Shown piece after piece: positions 28,774 to 38,054 of a DNA stretch of 64,000 nucleotides; within the stretch, counting starts at the first letter, position 1, and the number at the start of each line of letters is the position of its first letter. Both the position numbers and the translations under genes were made by a program. The DNA is from an uncultured virus (IMG/VR IMGVR_UViG_3300020438_003889) (taxonomy: Duplodnaviria > Heunggongvirae > Uroviricota > Caudoviricetes), in IMG/VR virus record IMGVR_UViG_3300020438_003889; one strand, written 5' to 3'. The notes beneath the pieces were generated by a model, which searched no databases, was not told the origin of the DNA, and worked only from the letters and a program-made list of their open reading frames with translations.

Positions 28774-30420
28774 TTAAAAAGTCTCCATAATACTATCATG
28801 CAAAGATTTTTCTGCATTTTTTCCTCTTTGCATTAGATTTTTAAAATTTGATTCACAGATGTGTTTGGTTTCTTCAAACAATACCTTTTGTTTTTCTTCT
28901 GAATGTTTTACCCATTTTACTGCTTCACTGCATACCTCGTCTACTCTCCTCCAATTGCCTGTTACATTGTCGAAATTCTCATTGAACATTGTTGGAAATG
29001 TTTTGTAACCTTGTGTATGTAATTTTTCGTATAATCCTTTTTGTCCAGCAACTAAAAAAGGACGTTTATAAAACATTGGCTTAAATGTTTTTTCACTGAC
29101 AAATAAATCCTGATTATCTTCTGCTGTTGTTTCTGTTATAACGTGTACCATTGATTTTAAATACTTTGCAGAATCTACATCTTTATTTGGATTATCTCCG
29201 GAATGTATCTTATGCTTATCATATTTTATAATCATCGGCAACTGTTTTTCAACCTTTTTCTTCCATAGTTTTGCTAGTATACCTTCTTTCTTTTGTTTGG
29301 GAGGCGCTGGTAATTCTAGTTGCTGTCGTTGTATTTCTAGTGCTTCTTCCTTGGTTCTTGCTTTAAAAATTTCTCCTGTTGACTTTCTTTTCCAATACCA
29401 AATCATTTGATGGTGCTCTTCTTCTTTGTAATTTGAATTGAAACCATAAGATCTAAAATAAGCATTTATGTTGTGTTGAAAATCATGGTTATTTTGTACT
29501 ACATCTTTTATTCCCTTAGGCCATAAAATATCATATATTTCTTGCCTGGCTTCTGGACGTTGAGAACATAGATAGGAGTGGGCAAAGTTCATAGTGTTGT
29601 ACACATAGTTTGATCTCCTATCCAATAGATTTTCATACTTTGGATCATTTAATTCTTCTATGTGTCCTGCTCCTGTGTATTCTGAATCGTCAGCGGGTGC
29701 CGGTGCTATAAATTCTGGTTCTTGTGCTAGTTCCATGGACTTAAACAATTCGTAATGATCTTCATAATGTCTTTTTGCTGTTTTGTACCCGTACTGATAA
29801 TCTGGATACACAGAGTCCGGACTTAGGTGAGTTAAGAAACCAAACCGTTTGAAATCAAACAAACGAGAAACAGTTAAAAACCTATGCCAAGCAGGTCTCC
29901 TGTTTAAACATATAAATTTTACGGTTGGTTGGTATCTTTTATCTTTAGCATTTCTCTCTACTTTTTTATAGTTACACTCGTGCCATTGCCATTCCATTTT
30001 ATTTGCATATATGTGAGTGTATTCTTTTCCGTTGAAATCTTCCAACGAGCAACTAACGTAAACAAAGTTTTTTTGTTCTAACCAGTCATGCTTTATTTTT
30101 AATGTTGAATATATTTGTTGAAACTCAGCATCACTCCAGTTTTCCATCCACCCAAAAAGTAAAATTTTGCAACGATTTGTTTTTATAGCATCGTGTGTTT
30201 CTTGTGGTATTGTGTAATGTTTTAAGTTTTGTGCTACCAATCTATGTCTTAAGTCTAATAAAACTACAAAACGTTCTTGTGGAATGTCATACACAGGAGC
30301 AAAATGTTTATTGAATTGGAATTGCTGTACATCAGCATTTATTTCAGAGTAATGCTCTGGTAACTCGCTCCATCCATCTTTGAGATAGTTGTCTTTATTC
30401 TTTACGTAATAATAAATCAT
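28774..30420 (-). CDS. putative glycosyltransferase (GT10-like C-terminal motif)
   Basis: FICLNRRP..HR and HVITET...VSEKTFKP..KRPF..G resemble the nucleotide-sugar-binding motif of GT10-like enzymes. Confidence 0.45.
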   Translation of the reverse strand: MIYYYVKNKDNYLKDGWSELPEHYSEINADVQQFQFNKHFAPVYDIPQERFVVLLDLRHRLVAQNLKHYTIPQETHDAIKTNRCKILLFGWMENWSDAEFQQIYSTLKIKHDWLEQKNFVYVSCSLEDFNGKEYTHIYANKMEWQWHECNYKKVERNAKDKRYQPTVKFICLNRRPAWHRFLTVSRLFDFKRFGFLTHLSPDSVYPDYQYGYKTAKRHYEDHYELFKSMELAQEPEFIAPAPADDSEYTGAGHIEELNDPKYENLLDRRSNYVYNTMNFAHSYLCSQRPEARQEIYDILWPKGIKDVVQNNHDFQHNINAYFRSYGFNSNYKEEEHHQMIWYWKRKSTGEIFKARTKEEALEIQRQQLELPAPPKQKKEGILAKLWKKKVEKQLPMIIKYDKHKIHSGDNPNKDVDSAKYLKSMVHVITETTAEDNQDLFVSEKTFKPMFYKRPFLVAGQKGLYEKLHTQGYKTFPTMFNENFDNVTGNWRRVDEVCSEAVKWVKHSEEKQKVLFEETKHICESNFKNLMQRGKNAEKSLHDSIMETF

Positions 30421-31201
30421 TTACTCTTATGTAATCGTATACTTCGTTTGCAAACTTATCTTGCCCGGATTTTGCAACATGATGATTTAATGCCCATTCT
30501 GTATTTGGATCTCTTTTAAATCTTTCAAAATAGCACCCATCTCCTGTTCCACCTTTATAAATTCTTTTTAGATCAAGTGAATTGTACAATCCTATTGTTT
30601 TTGCTTTTAATTTTATAACAGGTAATTCAAACTCTTGAAGCATATTAATGAACAAATATTTTACACCCATTTTTTCTAAAAAACTTTGCAAAGTAAAATT
30701 TGATAATAACAACCTATACTGAATTGCTCTCCAACTGCCCCATTCTGTTCTAAGCAATTCTCTATACATAGATTCGTGCCTAGGTTTCATTAGTTGAATA
30801 TTTTTTGATTTTTTTGCACCGAGAAGTCCTGGAATAAACATATAATATCCACCCCAACGTTGCTCTCCGGGTTCATCGGATTTTAGAAATAATCTGTCTG
30901 GTCCTGTCCACCCTATTACAACAAATAATCTTTCTCTTGCTTCTAAACTTAATTTGCTAACATATCCTATTGTTTCTTCTGTGATGTAATCATTACTAGA
31001 TCCAGGAACAGCATAATTAACAATTTTTTTTATATCTAGTTTTACACCAACTTGATTTGCCCAAGAGTCATTGTAACATTGTTGTCCTATCTCTCGTGGC
31101 GTAGAATCTTTTCTAGGTAATCCTTGGTCGTTGTTTTCCCATGAAGGTAGTTCCACAGCGGCAGTATGACTGCAACCATGTATGAACATATGATCTACCA
31201 T
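30395..31201 (-). CDS. SGNH/GDSL hydrolase or acyltransferase-like protein
   Basis: HGCSHT (block I Ser), NYAVPGSSN, GWT..DR, C-terminal NHH; likely start MVDH at 31201. Confidence 0.65.
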   Translation of the reverse strand: MVDHMFIHGCSHTAAVELPSWENNDQGLPRKDSTPREIGQQCYNDSWANQVGVKLDIKKIVNYAVPGSSNDYITEETIGYVSKLSLEARERLFVVIGWTGPDRLFLKSDEPGEQRWGGYYMFIPGLLGAKKSKNIQLMKPRHESMYRELLRTEWGSWRAIQYRLLLSNFTLQSFLEKMGVKYLFINMLQEFELPVIKLKAKTIGLYNSLDLKRIYKGGTGDGCYFERFKRDPNTEWALNHHVAKSGQDKFANEVYDYIRVNDLLLRKE

Positions 31202-32157
31202 ACTCGTTCCTTTGTTAACAACACATCGGTTGTACAAATACATCTATCTTTGATGCAAACTGTTTGCTGTGTTGGCCATTTTATATTCTCTGGTTCGTTG
31301 ATGTGTCCTATTGTTCCGCCCTGGAAACAGTTTGCAAGATACATCTCTCCTGTGTATTGTATAAAAAGACTTTCTAGTCCCATACTACATTTCCAACCTT
31401 TAAAATTTGTTTTTCCTGCATTAATTAATTCTTGTTCTGCACCGTTTGAATTTATAACTTCTCCATCTTCGAAGGTAATATTTGATCTACTATCTATTGT
31501 GTGTTTTGGTACAGGCATCCATTCTGCGTCTTGTGTAGTAGTATTATCAAACCACTTCAACTGTTCTTCTGTATAATCGCAACCTGTGTTGTCACCGGTT
31601 ATCCAATCGTAAACTTTTACTGCTTCTACTGTAATGTGTTTGTATGGTTTACAACTTTCTAAAAATTTCATACCAACGTCCCAATACCTACTATCCATCA
31701 TTACTCTAATGTTAACAGGTGTAAGGTCCGCGGCCGCAAGTGCTTTTTCTAAAAAATCTTTGTCTTCAAAACTTGGATGATAACTTGCAGAAACATATGC
31801 TAAAAACGGGGCCAGTGTTTTCATGTATCTTGGAGTTCTTGCAAGGTTAGTTGTTATTCCAACTTTATTGCCAGTATCATATATCATCTTGACAAAGTCT
31901 AATAAGAAAGGACTTAAAGTTGGTTCGCCGCCAGATAATGCTACTTGTAATTTACTATGCTTTTTTAAAAGCAACTGCCAAAATCTTTTTGCATTTTCCC
32001 AATCGTAATGATGATTTTTTCCTGTGTGTAAATTTTTTGGACAATACGAACAAGCATTTGTACAAATATTATTAATGATCCATGTGACAACCATAAGGTC
32101 ATCAGTACGCCTCTGTATCTTTACAACAGAGTTTTTATTATCATTTAAACTTTTCAT
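31195..32157 (-). CDS. radical SAM protein (subfamily A)
   Basis: CTNACSYC, SGGEPT, TTN; FKGWKC...ANC...CIKDRCIC; likely start MKSL at 32157. Confidence 0.9.
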   Translation of the reverse strand: MKSLNDNKNSVVKIQRRTDDLMVVTWIINNICTNACSYCPKNLHTGKNHHYDWENAKRFWQLLLKKHSKLQVALSGGEPTLSPFLLDFVKMIYDTGNKVGITTNLARTPRYMKTLAPFLAYVSASYHPSFEDKDFLEKALAAADLTPVNIRVMMDSRYWDVGMKFLESCKPYKHITVEAVKVYDWITGDNTGCDYTEEQLKWFDNTTTQDAEWMPVPKHTIDSRSNITFEDGEVINSNGAEQELINAGKTNFKGWKCSMGLESLFIQYTGEMYLANCFQGGTIGHINEPENIKWPTQQTVCIKDRCICTTDVLLTKERVW

Positions 32158-33469
32158 ATGCATCTTCGTAAATTCCTGGGTATTTTTTTCTGACATCTTC
32201 TAATTCTGGTATAGTTTTAAATATACTTTCTTTTCTAATCTTGTCAAGTTTGGCGTGTTTAACTAGAAATAGTTTAGCAAACTCAGGATTATGAGGCAAA
32301 GACAACCCGTGCAAAATCTCTTTTAATTTAGGTGTTGGATCATACTCGTATTTTTCTTTGTAGTCTTCAATCCAAAATTTATACTTTTCTAAGATTTTCT
32401 TTTTAAACTCGTCGCTTAAAATTGATATGTGTAAATCTTCAGGCCAATGCACAAAGTTTAAAAACCAGTTGTTGTGTTTTACTCTCCATGTGTTACAATT
32501 TTGATTTGCATGATTGTTATGTATTAATCCAAGTTTTATAAAATGATCTATAATTTCAGGCAGTCTAAATACATTCAACGCACCTACTGTGATACCAGGC
32601 TGTATAAAAATATCATTGTTTAAACCAATTATTGTTTCAATATTTTTTAAAGTTTTAGGCCATATGGTTCCTGAACGTACAAGTTCTGCTCTGTCTCCGT
32701 ACTCATCTAAACTTGGCCAAATTTCTATTTTTCCCGGATCCCATAATTTCCAGTAATCAACTACATTTTTTCCTTTCCAGTCCAGTCTAGCCATGTTGGT
32801 ATTGTACATTATTCTTACATCAAAACGTTTATGTTTTTTTAGTAAATCTAAAATGTACCAATGGTCATCCATCATCATTGGTTCACCACCTGCAAAATAA
32901 ATTCTTTCAACGTGCTCTATTTGATCTTCTAAAAAAGTTAATTTAGATTGTCCTTCGATATCGTTTACAACATTTAATCCTTTTTTATTTTCTGCCATGT
33001 AACGTTTTTTGCCCCAGATTTTAATTGCATCTGGTACCCAAGATGAACTGTGTTTAGGACCACAACTTCTACATTTAAGATTACAAATATTGCTGAATCT
33101 CATATCCCAATATTTTAAACGCATTTCAGGTACAGTTCCATCTGGTAAAGTTATATGCTCTACCTCTTTCATTACTTTTTTATAAGTCTTATTGTTGTGT
33201 TGACGATTTGAAACCATGCCTTGATCTTCCATGTTCCAACACTTTTTACAAATCTTAGGACGTTCACCTGAAAGCATTTCTCTTCTCAGTGCTTTTTGTT
33301 TTGGACTATTCCATATTTCTTCAATACTATTTGTGCTTAAATCTCCTAGATCGTAATTATAAGGAGATGTAAGACAGCATGGTATTACCTTATTGTGAGG
33401 TTCAAACTGTAAATGGACCCAAGGAATAATACAAAAACTTTTTGATTTTTTTAACTCGTCGTACTTCAT
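32141..33469 (-). CDS. radical SAM protein (subfamily C)
   Basis: FCIIPW...PCC...CKKC, then CNLKCRSC, AGGEP. Confidence 0.9.
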   Translation of the reverse strand: MKYDELKKSKSFCIIPWVHLQFEPHNKVIPCCLTSPYNYDLGDLSTNSIEEIWNSPKQKALRREMLSGERPKICKKCWNMEDQGMVSNRQHNNKTYKKVMKEVEHITLPDGTVPEMRLKYWDMRFSNICNLKCRSCGPKHSSSWVPDAIKIWGKKRYMAENKKGLNVVNDIEGQSKLTFLEDQIEHVERIYFAGGEPMMMDDHWYILDLLKKHKRFDVRIMYNTNMARLDWKGKNVVDYWKLWDPGKIEIWPSLDEYGDRAELVRSGTIWPKTLKNIETIIGLNNDIFIQPGITVGALNVFRLPEIIDHFIKLGLIHNNHANQNCNTWRVKHNNWFLNFVHWPEDLHISILSDEFKKKILEKYKFWIEDYKEKYEYDPTPKLKEILHGLSLPHNPEFAKLFLVKHAKLDKIRKESIFKTIPELEDVRKKYPGIYEDAYEKFK

Positions 33470-33501
33470 TACTCATATTTAAGTAATTTTTAGTTGTACT
33501 G

Positions 33502-34428
33502 TTATGTTTTCTTGGCTAAAAAGTTCTCTACACCTCTATCAGGATTTTTGTAGACTTGTTTGAAGAAGGTGCTTTGTGATGGTGTAAGGTGTTCAACACC
33601 AATTGGTATTAATACTTCGTTGATTAATATATCTCCTAAACGTTTGATTTCGTCAATTACGGTGTTTTCAGTGAATTTTGCTTCTTGCTCTTTCCACATA
33701 TCATTTAGGTATTCAAAGTCTCTTGTATGAACAATGTCCCAATCTGTACACATTGTTAGATATGTGCCTTGTCTTGCTCCATATATTGCCCATAATCCGT
33801 TGTCAGCGTCTGCACCTACCATCTGCCATATGTACATTCTGTTTAGATTTTTCCAATGATTCTTTTTAAAATCGTCTAAGTTAACTCTTGCACCTCTGTC
33901 TAATGCCATTTTTACACCTTCTCTAAATCCTGCTCTCCAGGCCTGTTGAGGTGTGTGATTGTTATACACATCACTATATGTTTGATTCATTTGCAAGTAT
34001 TTTAAGTCCCAACAAAAATCTATTTGTGAAGCAACATCATCAGGATCTGCATTTTCATGAGTCTTCATATCTAATACATACTGTCTTGGCCAACATTTTA
34101 GTCCACCATTCCCGTACACCAATCCATTTACTATGTTGTAACCACACCAACTAACAACACTAGTTGTTAAATCAACCACGTCCATATCAAATTCTATTTC
34201 AACATCTAACCACTTTGGATTAATAATGTTGTCGCCGTCTACTGTTGTAAATCTTTCTGTTTCGGCCGCTGTTGCACAGGCTTTGTGTGCCGCATCTGAT
34301 CCCTTTACTCCATGTACTCTTTTTACCCAAGGTATTTTATTACAGATGTCTGCATAATTTTTTTCAGCATTTGGCTCATCATAACTCAAATAAAATACAT
34401 CATGATCTCTAACTCTAAATTTATCCAT
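33502..34428 (-). CDS. GT-A fold glycosyltransferase
   Basis: FTTVDGD (DxD), KRVHGVKG..AAH, YGNGGLK, AWRAGFRE; paralogous to 26946-27623. Confidence 0.7.
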   Translation of the reverse strand: MDKFRVRDHDVFYLSYDEPNAEKNYADICNKIPWVKRVHGVKGSDAAHKACATAAETERFTTVDGDNIINPKWLDVEIEFDMDVVDLTTSVVSWCGYNIVNGLVYGNGGLKCWPRQYVLDMKTHENADPDDVASQIDFCWDLKYLQMNQTYSDVYNNHTPQQAWRAGFREGVKMALDRGARVNLDDFKKNHWKNLNRMYIWQMVGADADNGLWAIYGARQGTYLTMCTDWDIVHTRDFEYLNDMWKEQEAKFTENTVIDEIKRLGDILINEVLIPIGVEHLTPSQSTFFKQVYKNPDRGVENFLAKKT

Positions 34429-34999
34429 TTTGTCTCACGTGATTATAATCGTTATATAAATTTCTACAGTACACACTGATATTTAATTTCGCTGATTGTT
34501 TGTCAAAAGTTTTTATTTCGTATTTGCCTTCGTCCACTAGTTTGTTAAGATCAATACTCAATGTATCATGTAATATGTTTGGATTATTATTAGCAGTTAC
34601 ATAAAACAATTGATGCAGATTTTTATTATTATCTGCTAATTCTTTTATAATGTCAACAGTATCGCCTTGTATCGTTGCTGTCCATGTTCCGTTACTGATG
34701 TTTTGTATTAAATTTATTCCATTTTGTTCTGTTGTAGTGGTTGGTAGTTGAAAGACAAAGTTAGATGCTGGAGGTTCTATAACAAAATTTTTTGTTAAAT
34801 TTGCGTCAGATCTAATTTCAACCAATACATATTTTTTAGTAGTGTCATCTAATACAACTTTAAATTGATTCATTTGTTTGAATCCATCTTTGATTGCTGT
34901 TGCTGTTGTTCCTTCAATTTCAATGCAGGTTCCTTCCTTGTTAGGCCCTAACCCCATTGGATCACCTGTTTCTTGATTAAACTTTAAGTACTGTTTCAT
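34421..34999 (-). CDS. hypothetical protein
   Basis: 192 aa ORF coupled to neighbours. Confidence 0.7.
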   Translation of the reverse strand: MKQYLKFNQETGDPMGLGPNKEGTCIEIEGTTATAIKDGFKQMNQFKVVLDDTTKKYVLVEIRSDANLTKNFVIEPPASNFVFQLPTTTTEQNGINLIQNISNGTWTATIQGDTVDIIKELADNNKNLHQLFYVTANNNPNILHDTLSIDLNKLVDEGKYEIKTFDKQSAKLNISVYCRNLYNDYNHVRQNG

Positions 35000-35822
35000 T
35001 TGCTTTCTCTAAATTGTTTACTAATTCATCTGTTAAAAATTGATCTTCAACGTAGTGTATTATTCCGTGTTGTTTAAAGTTTCCAATAAAAAAGTTGTTA
35101 TCACTAAAATATAAAGTTACTGCTCCACTTGAATTTACGTAATTGTGTTTCCACCCTTGTTGCTGTGGTTTTAAATGGACTACATTTACAAAAGAATCGC
35201 TATCTGTAATTGATTCGTAATTGTCTAATATCTTAGATGCAATAGCGGCGCTGACGTCCATACTACACCATTTTTGTTTTTTCTTTGGTGTATATTTTGT
35301 ATAAAAAGTTTCCCAATTTTCTACAATCATTTGTTGCAGTCTATAAAACCTAGATGCTTCATCTGACTTTTCAAAATAATGAAATGCATTGTATAAATTA
35401 GGCAAGTTATTCTCAATAAATGTTTTACGGTATGTAACAGCATCACTCTTCTCATTCCTGTATGTACGTGCATCTGAGACGTAGTAAACCATATAATTTG
35501 CTAGGTATGTCCACCAACTGTCTAAGTTTTCAGTTACTAATACATCGGCATCCATTACTATGGTTTTTAAATAAGGTGAAATGTTATATGCATGACAACG
35601 TTGTTCAGAATTTAATACACTTTGAGACACTGGTACTTTGTGAGGGACAATAACGTTGTCAAACCCTGCACGAATTCTATCACATAATTCGTTTTCAGTG
35701 ACTAGTGTTACATGAGCATCTTTATTAAACAACTTAATTGACAAAGACAATGCGTATGCTTGTCTAGTGTAATTACATTTGTTACTGTTATTTGCGTAAA
35801 TTAAATATCCTTGTTCTATCAT
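34977..35822 (-). CDS. GT-A (GT8-like) glycosyltransferase
   Basis: ISPY.KTIVMDAD (DxD); paralogous to 35819-36673. Confidence 0.65.
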   Translation of the reverse strand: MIEQGYLIYANNSNKCNYTRQAYALSLSIKLFNKDAHVTLVTENELCDRIRAGFDNVIVPHKVPVSQSVLNSEQRCHAYNISPYLKTIVMDADVLVTENLDSWWTYLANYMVYYVSDARTYRNEKSDAVTYRKTFIENNLPNLYNAFHYFEKSDEASRFYRLQQMIVENWETFYTKYTPKKKQKWCSMDVSAAIASKILDNYESITDSDSFVNVVHLKPQQQGWKHNYVNSSGAVTLYFSDNNFFIGNFKQHGIIHYVEDQFLTDELVNNLEKANETVLKV

Positions 35823-36673
35823 ATTCCTTTACTTTCAATAACTGTTTGTAATCCTAATTTGTTCATTACATGAACGTTTAAATCTTTGACTGTGGTTGCT
35901 GTTGATTTTTTTTGATCTTGAGGTACTGTTACCAAAAACGTAAATTTATTATCGTTGAAATCGATTATCTGATCTCTGTCGTATATGTAATAATGTGTTC
36001 CTGGCAACTTTGCAGGCCATTCTTTGTTGTCCTCAAATCCGTTCATTATCCATATGGCAATAGTAAAAGCAAAATCATTTCTATAATTCTTTGATGCTAT
36101 TTGATATATCCATCTGTAATATGCCCAATTGTCTCTAACGTGTTGCACAGTATTAAAATATGTTTTCATTTTTTCACATTTTTTAAAATAAAATACTGTT
36201 GCCCAATACATTTCCATTGACGTATCACTGACATACTTTATTTCCCATACCTTTCCATGAGGATTTAGATATGTTGCTTCTTTCCATATCATAAAATCAT
36301 TGTTTACTTTAAAACAGTTTAATAATTGATTGTTGGCAACTATATAATCTGTGTCCATTACTAGTGTTTCATCGTAAGGTGTTAGATCATACACATCTGA
36401 TCTGTTAAGATTGTTCCACTCAAGTTTTTTTACAGGACCAACCCCGTCCCTGAACGATTTACGTTGTCCTGAATTTACTTTTGGGATTGAAATAATTTTA
36501 TCAAACAGTTCAACATATGTTGAATACTGTTTATACAAATGATCTGATGAATTTGTTACCAGCGAAACAGGTAAGTCTAAATGTTTTTTAATCTGTTGTG
36601 TGCAAAAAATAGCCTGTTTGATATAATCAACTTGCTCATTGTTGTTTGCAAATAAAACTACGCCTTTGGTCAT
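35819..36673 (-). CDS. GT-A (GT8-like) glycosyltransferase
   Basis: LTPYDETLVMDTD (DxD), RND, HVMNK. Confidence 0.65.
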   Translation of the reverse strand: MTKGVVLFANNNEQVDYIKQAIFCTQQIKKHLDLPVSLVTNSSDHLYKQYSTYVELFDKIISIPKVNSGQRKSFRDGVGPVKKLEWNNLNRSDVYDLTPYDETLVMDTDYIVANNQLLNCFKVNNDFMIWKEATYLNPHGKVWEIKYVSDTSMEMYWATVFYFKKCEKMKTYFNTVQHVRDNWAYYRWIYQIASKNYRNDFAFTIAIWIMNGFEDNKEWPAKLPGTHYYIYDRDQIIDFNDNKFTFLVTVPQDQKKSTATTVKDLNVHVMNKLGLQTVIESKGI

Positions 36674-37017
36674 GCATCTAAAACGTCTTTAATTTCTCTT
36701 TTTTTAATACTCTGCATCTGTGCATAATAATCATTGACGTTTTTTGAATACAAGTCCATGACATCATCTACAAACTTTTGAAAGTCGTCTATCTGTACAG
36801 GATTGTCGTTGTCATCTATTATTGTAACACTCTTGGTTTGTCCTTTTTGCAAAAGTAGATTAATAAACGTAATAAATTCTTTTGTTATATTAAACTTTGT
36901 TCCACCGGCATAGTATACATTTTGATCTAGAAACTTATTCTTTAGGATTCGTTTTTGGTTATTGTAAGTAACCATATAATTCGAATATTCTAGTGCCTCT
37001 TCTAATCTTTTATCCAT
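36670..37017 (-). CDS. hypothetical protein, first gene of the modification island
   Basis: Likely start MDKRL at 37017, just downstream of the promoter. Confidence 0.7.
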   Translation of the reverse strand: MDKRLEEALEYSNYMVTYNNQKRILKNKFLDQNVYYAGGTKFNITKEFITFINLLLQKGQTKSVTIIDDNDNPVQIDDFQKFVDDVMDLYSKNVNDYYAQMQSIKKREIKDVLDA

Positions 37018-37023
37018 AGCACT

Positions 37024-37052
37024 AGTATATAGTAGTCGCACTTCTAGGTCAA
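37024..37052 (-). promoter_or_regulatory. sigma70-type promoter heading the glycosyltransferase/radical SAM block
   Basis: Minus strand TTGACC (37052-37047) - 17 nt - TATACT (37029-37024). Confidence 0.65.
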
Positions 37053-37085
37053 GCCTGAAGTGAAACTTACCAAATTAATTAACTA

Positions 37086-37988
37086 TTAATTGAAGTTGTC
37101 TGTAACTGAGAACGAAGGTCTGCTGTGCTGTACTGCACTTGCATTGTTGGCTCTGAAAGAAGAAACTGTAAGTGTAGTTGTTCCTCCAACGTCTTCATCA
37201 ACCGGGCCACCAGTACCTGTTTGGTCACCTGCGTCATCATCATTAGCAGTTACAACAAATTCTAATACTGTAGAACTGTTGTCTCTTGCTGTGATGTTGA
37301 AATCGTTTTCTCCGTATACACCTGAACCTACATCTTTTGAAAATATAGTTTGGTGTGAACCTGTCATGTCAACATTACCAATTGAAGTTGTTGATCCTGA
37401 ACCTGTACAAGTAGTTGCTGTTCTTCCAAACTTGATTGTACCTGCACCTGAGAACAAGTCAGTCCATGATGTTCCTTTAGAACCTGAACCACTTGATAAT
37501 GCTAGTGCTAATCTAATTTCACCGCCTGCATTAAAGTAATTTCTTTTAATGTCTGCTGATGAGAAAGTTGCTGTAAATGTTGCGTTGATCGAATCTGTAC
37601 CTGAACCCCAAGATGAAGTTCTGCTTTCAGTAACTTCTGTTTCAGTTGTGAAGTTTCCTGAAGAGTTGTTTAATCTGTTCGTCTCTGCTGTGTTGGCATT
37701 CGCTTCAAATTGTGCCCAACCTTTTTTATTAGTTGAGTTATCTTCTTCAACTGTGTCTCCTGCGACTGGTTGAACTATTGCTGTTGTTGCCGAACCTGTT
37801 TGGTGTAATATACACTTATTGATATCTGTGTATAGAGTAGACAAGTGTGTTGCATTGATCGTGTCGCCAGCACCAACTTGTGCTGAGGCTGTGGACATAC
37901 CATAACCTTTATCGCCTGATCCAGTGCTTAACACCGCGGCTACTTTGCTTTGTAATGCGTTGTATCTAGATGCTGTTACTACTGACAT
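37086..37988 (-). CDS. virion structural protein (Ser/Thr/Gly-rich, baseplate/fibre-associated)
   Basis: 300 aa, S/T/G-rich beta composition, 'RNYFNAGGEIR' segment; last gene of the tail module. Confidence 0.65.
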   Translation of the reverse strand: MSVVTASRYNALQSKVAAVLSTGSGDKGYGMSTASAQVGAGDTINATHLSTLYTDINKCILHQTGSATTAIVQPVAGDTVEEDNSTNKKGWAQFEANANTAETNRLNNSSGNFTTETEVTESRTSSWGSGTDSINATFTATFSSADIKRNYFNAGGEIRLALALSSGSGSKGTSWTDLFSGAGTIKFGRTATTCTGSGSTTSIGNVDMTGSHQTIFSKDVGSGVYGENDFNITARDNSSTVLEFVVTANDDDAGDQTGTGGPVDEDVGGTTTLTVSSFRANNASAVQHSRPSFSVTDNFN

Positions 37989-38054
37989 AATTTAAATCCT
38001 TTTTTTAGTATACTAATTGTTTATATTTATTTATCGTTGTTAAAATACATAACA

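Noticed and set aside
12282..33469. Classical RiPP (sactipeptide/ranthipeptide) cluster
   Set aside because: No recognisable precursor peptide, RRE/PqqD domain, peptidase or exporter; companion genes are sugar enzymes. Not strictly excluded.
37090..37773. 149 aa and 74 aa + strand ORFs
   Set aside because: Antisense shadows of the S/T/G-rich structural gene
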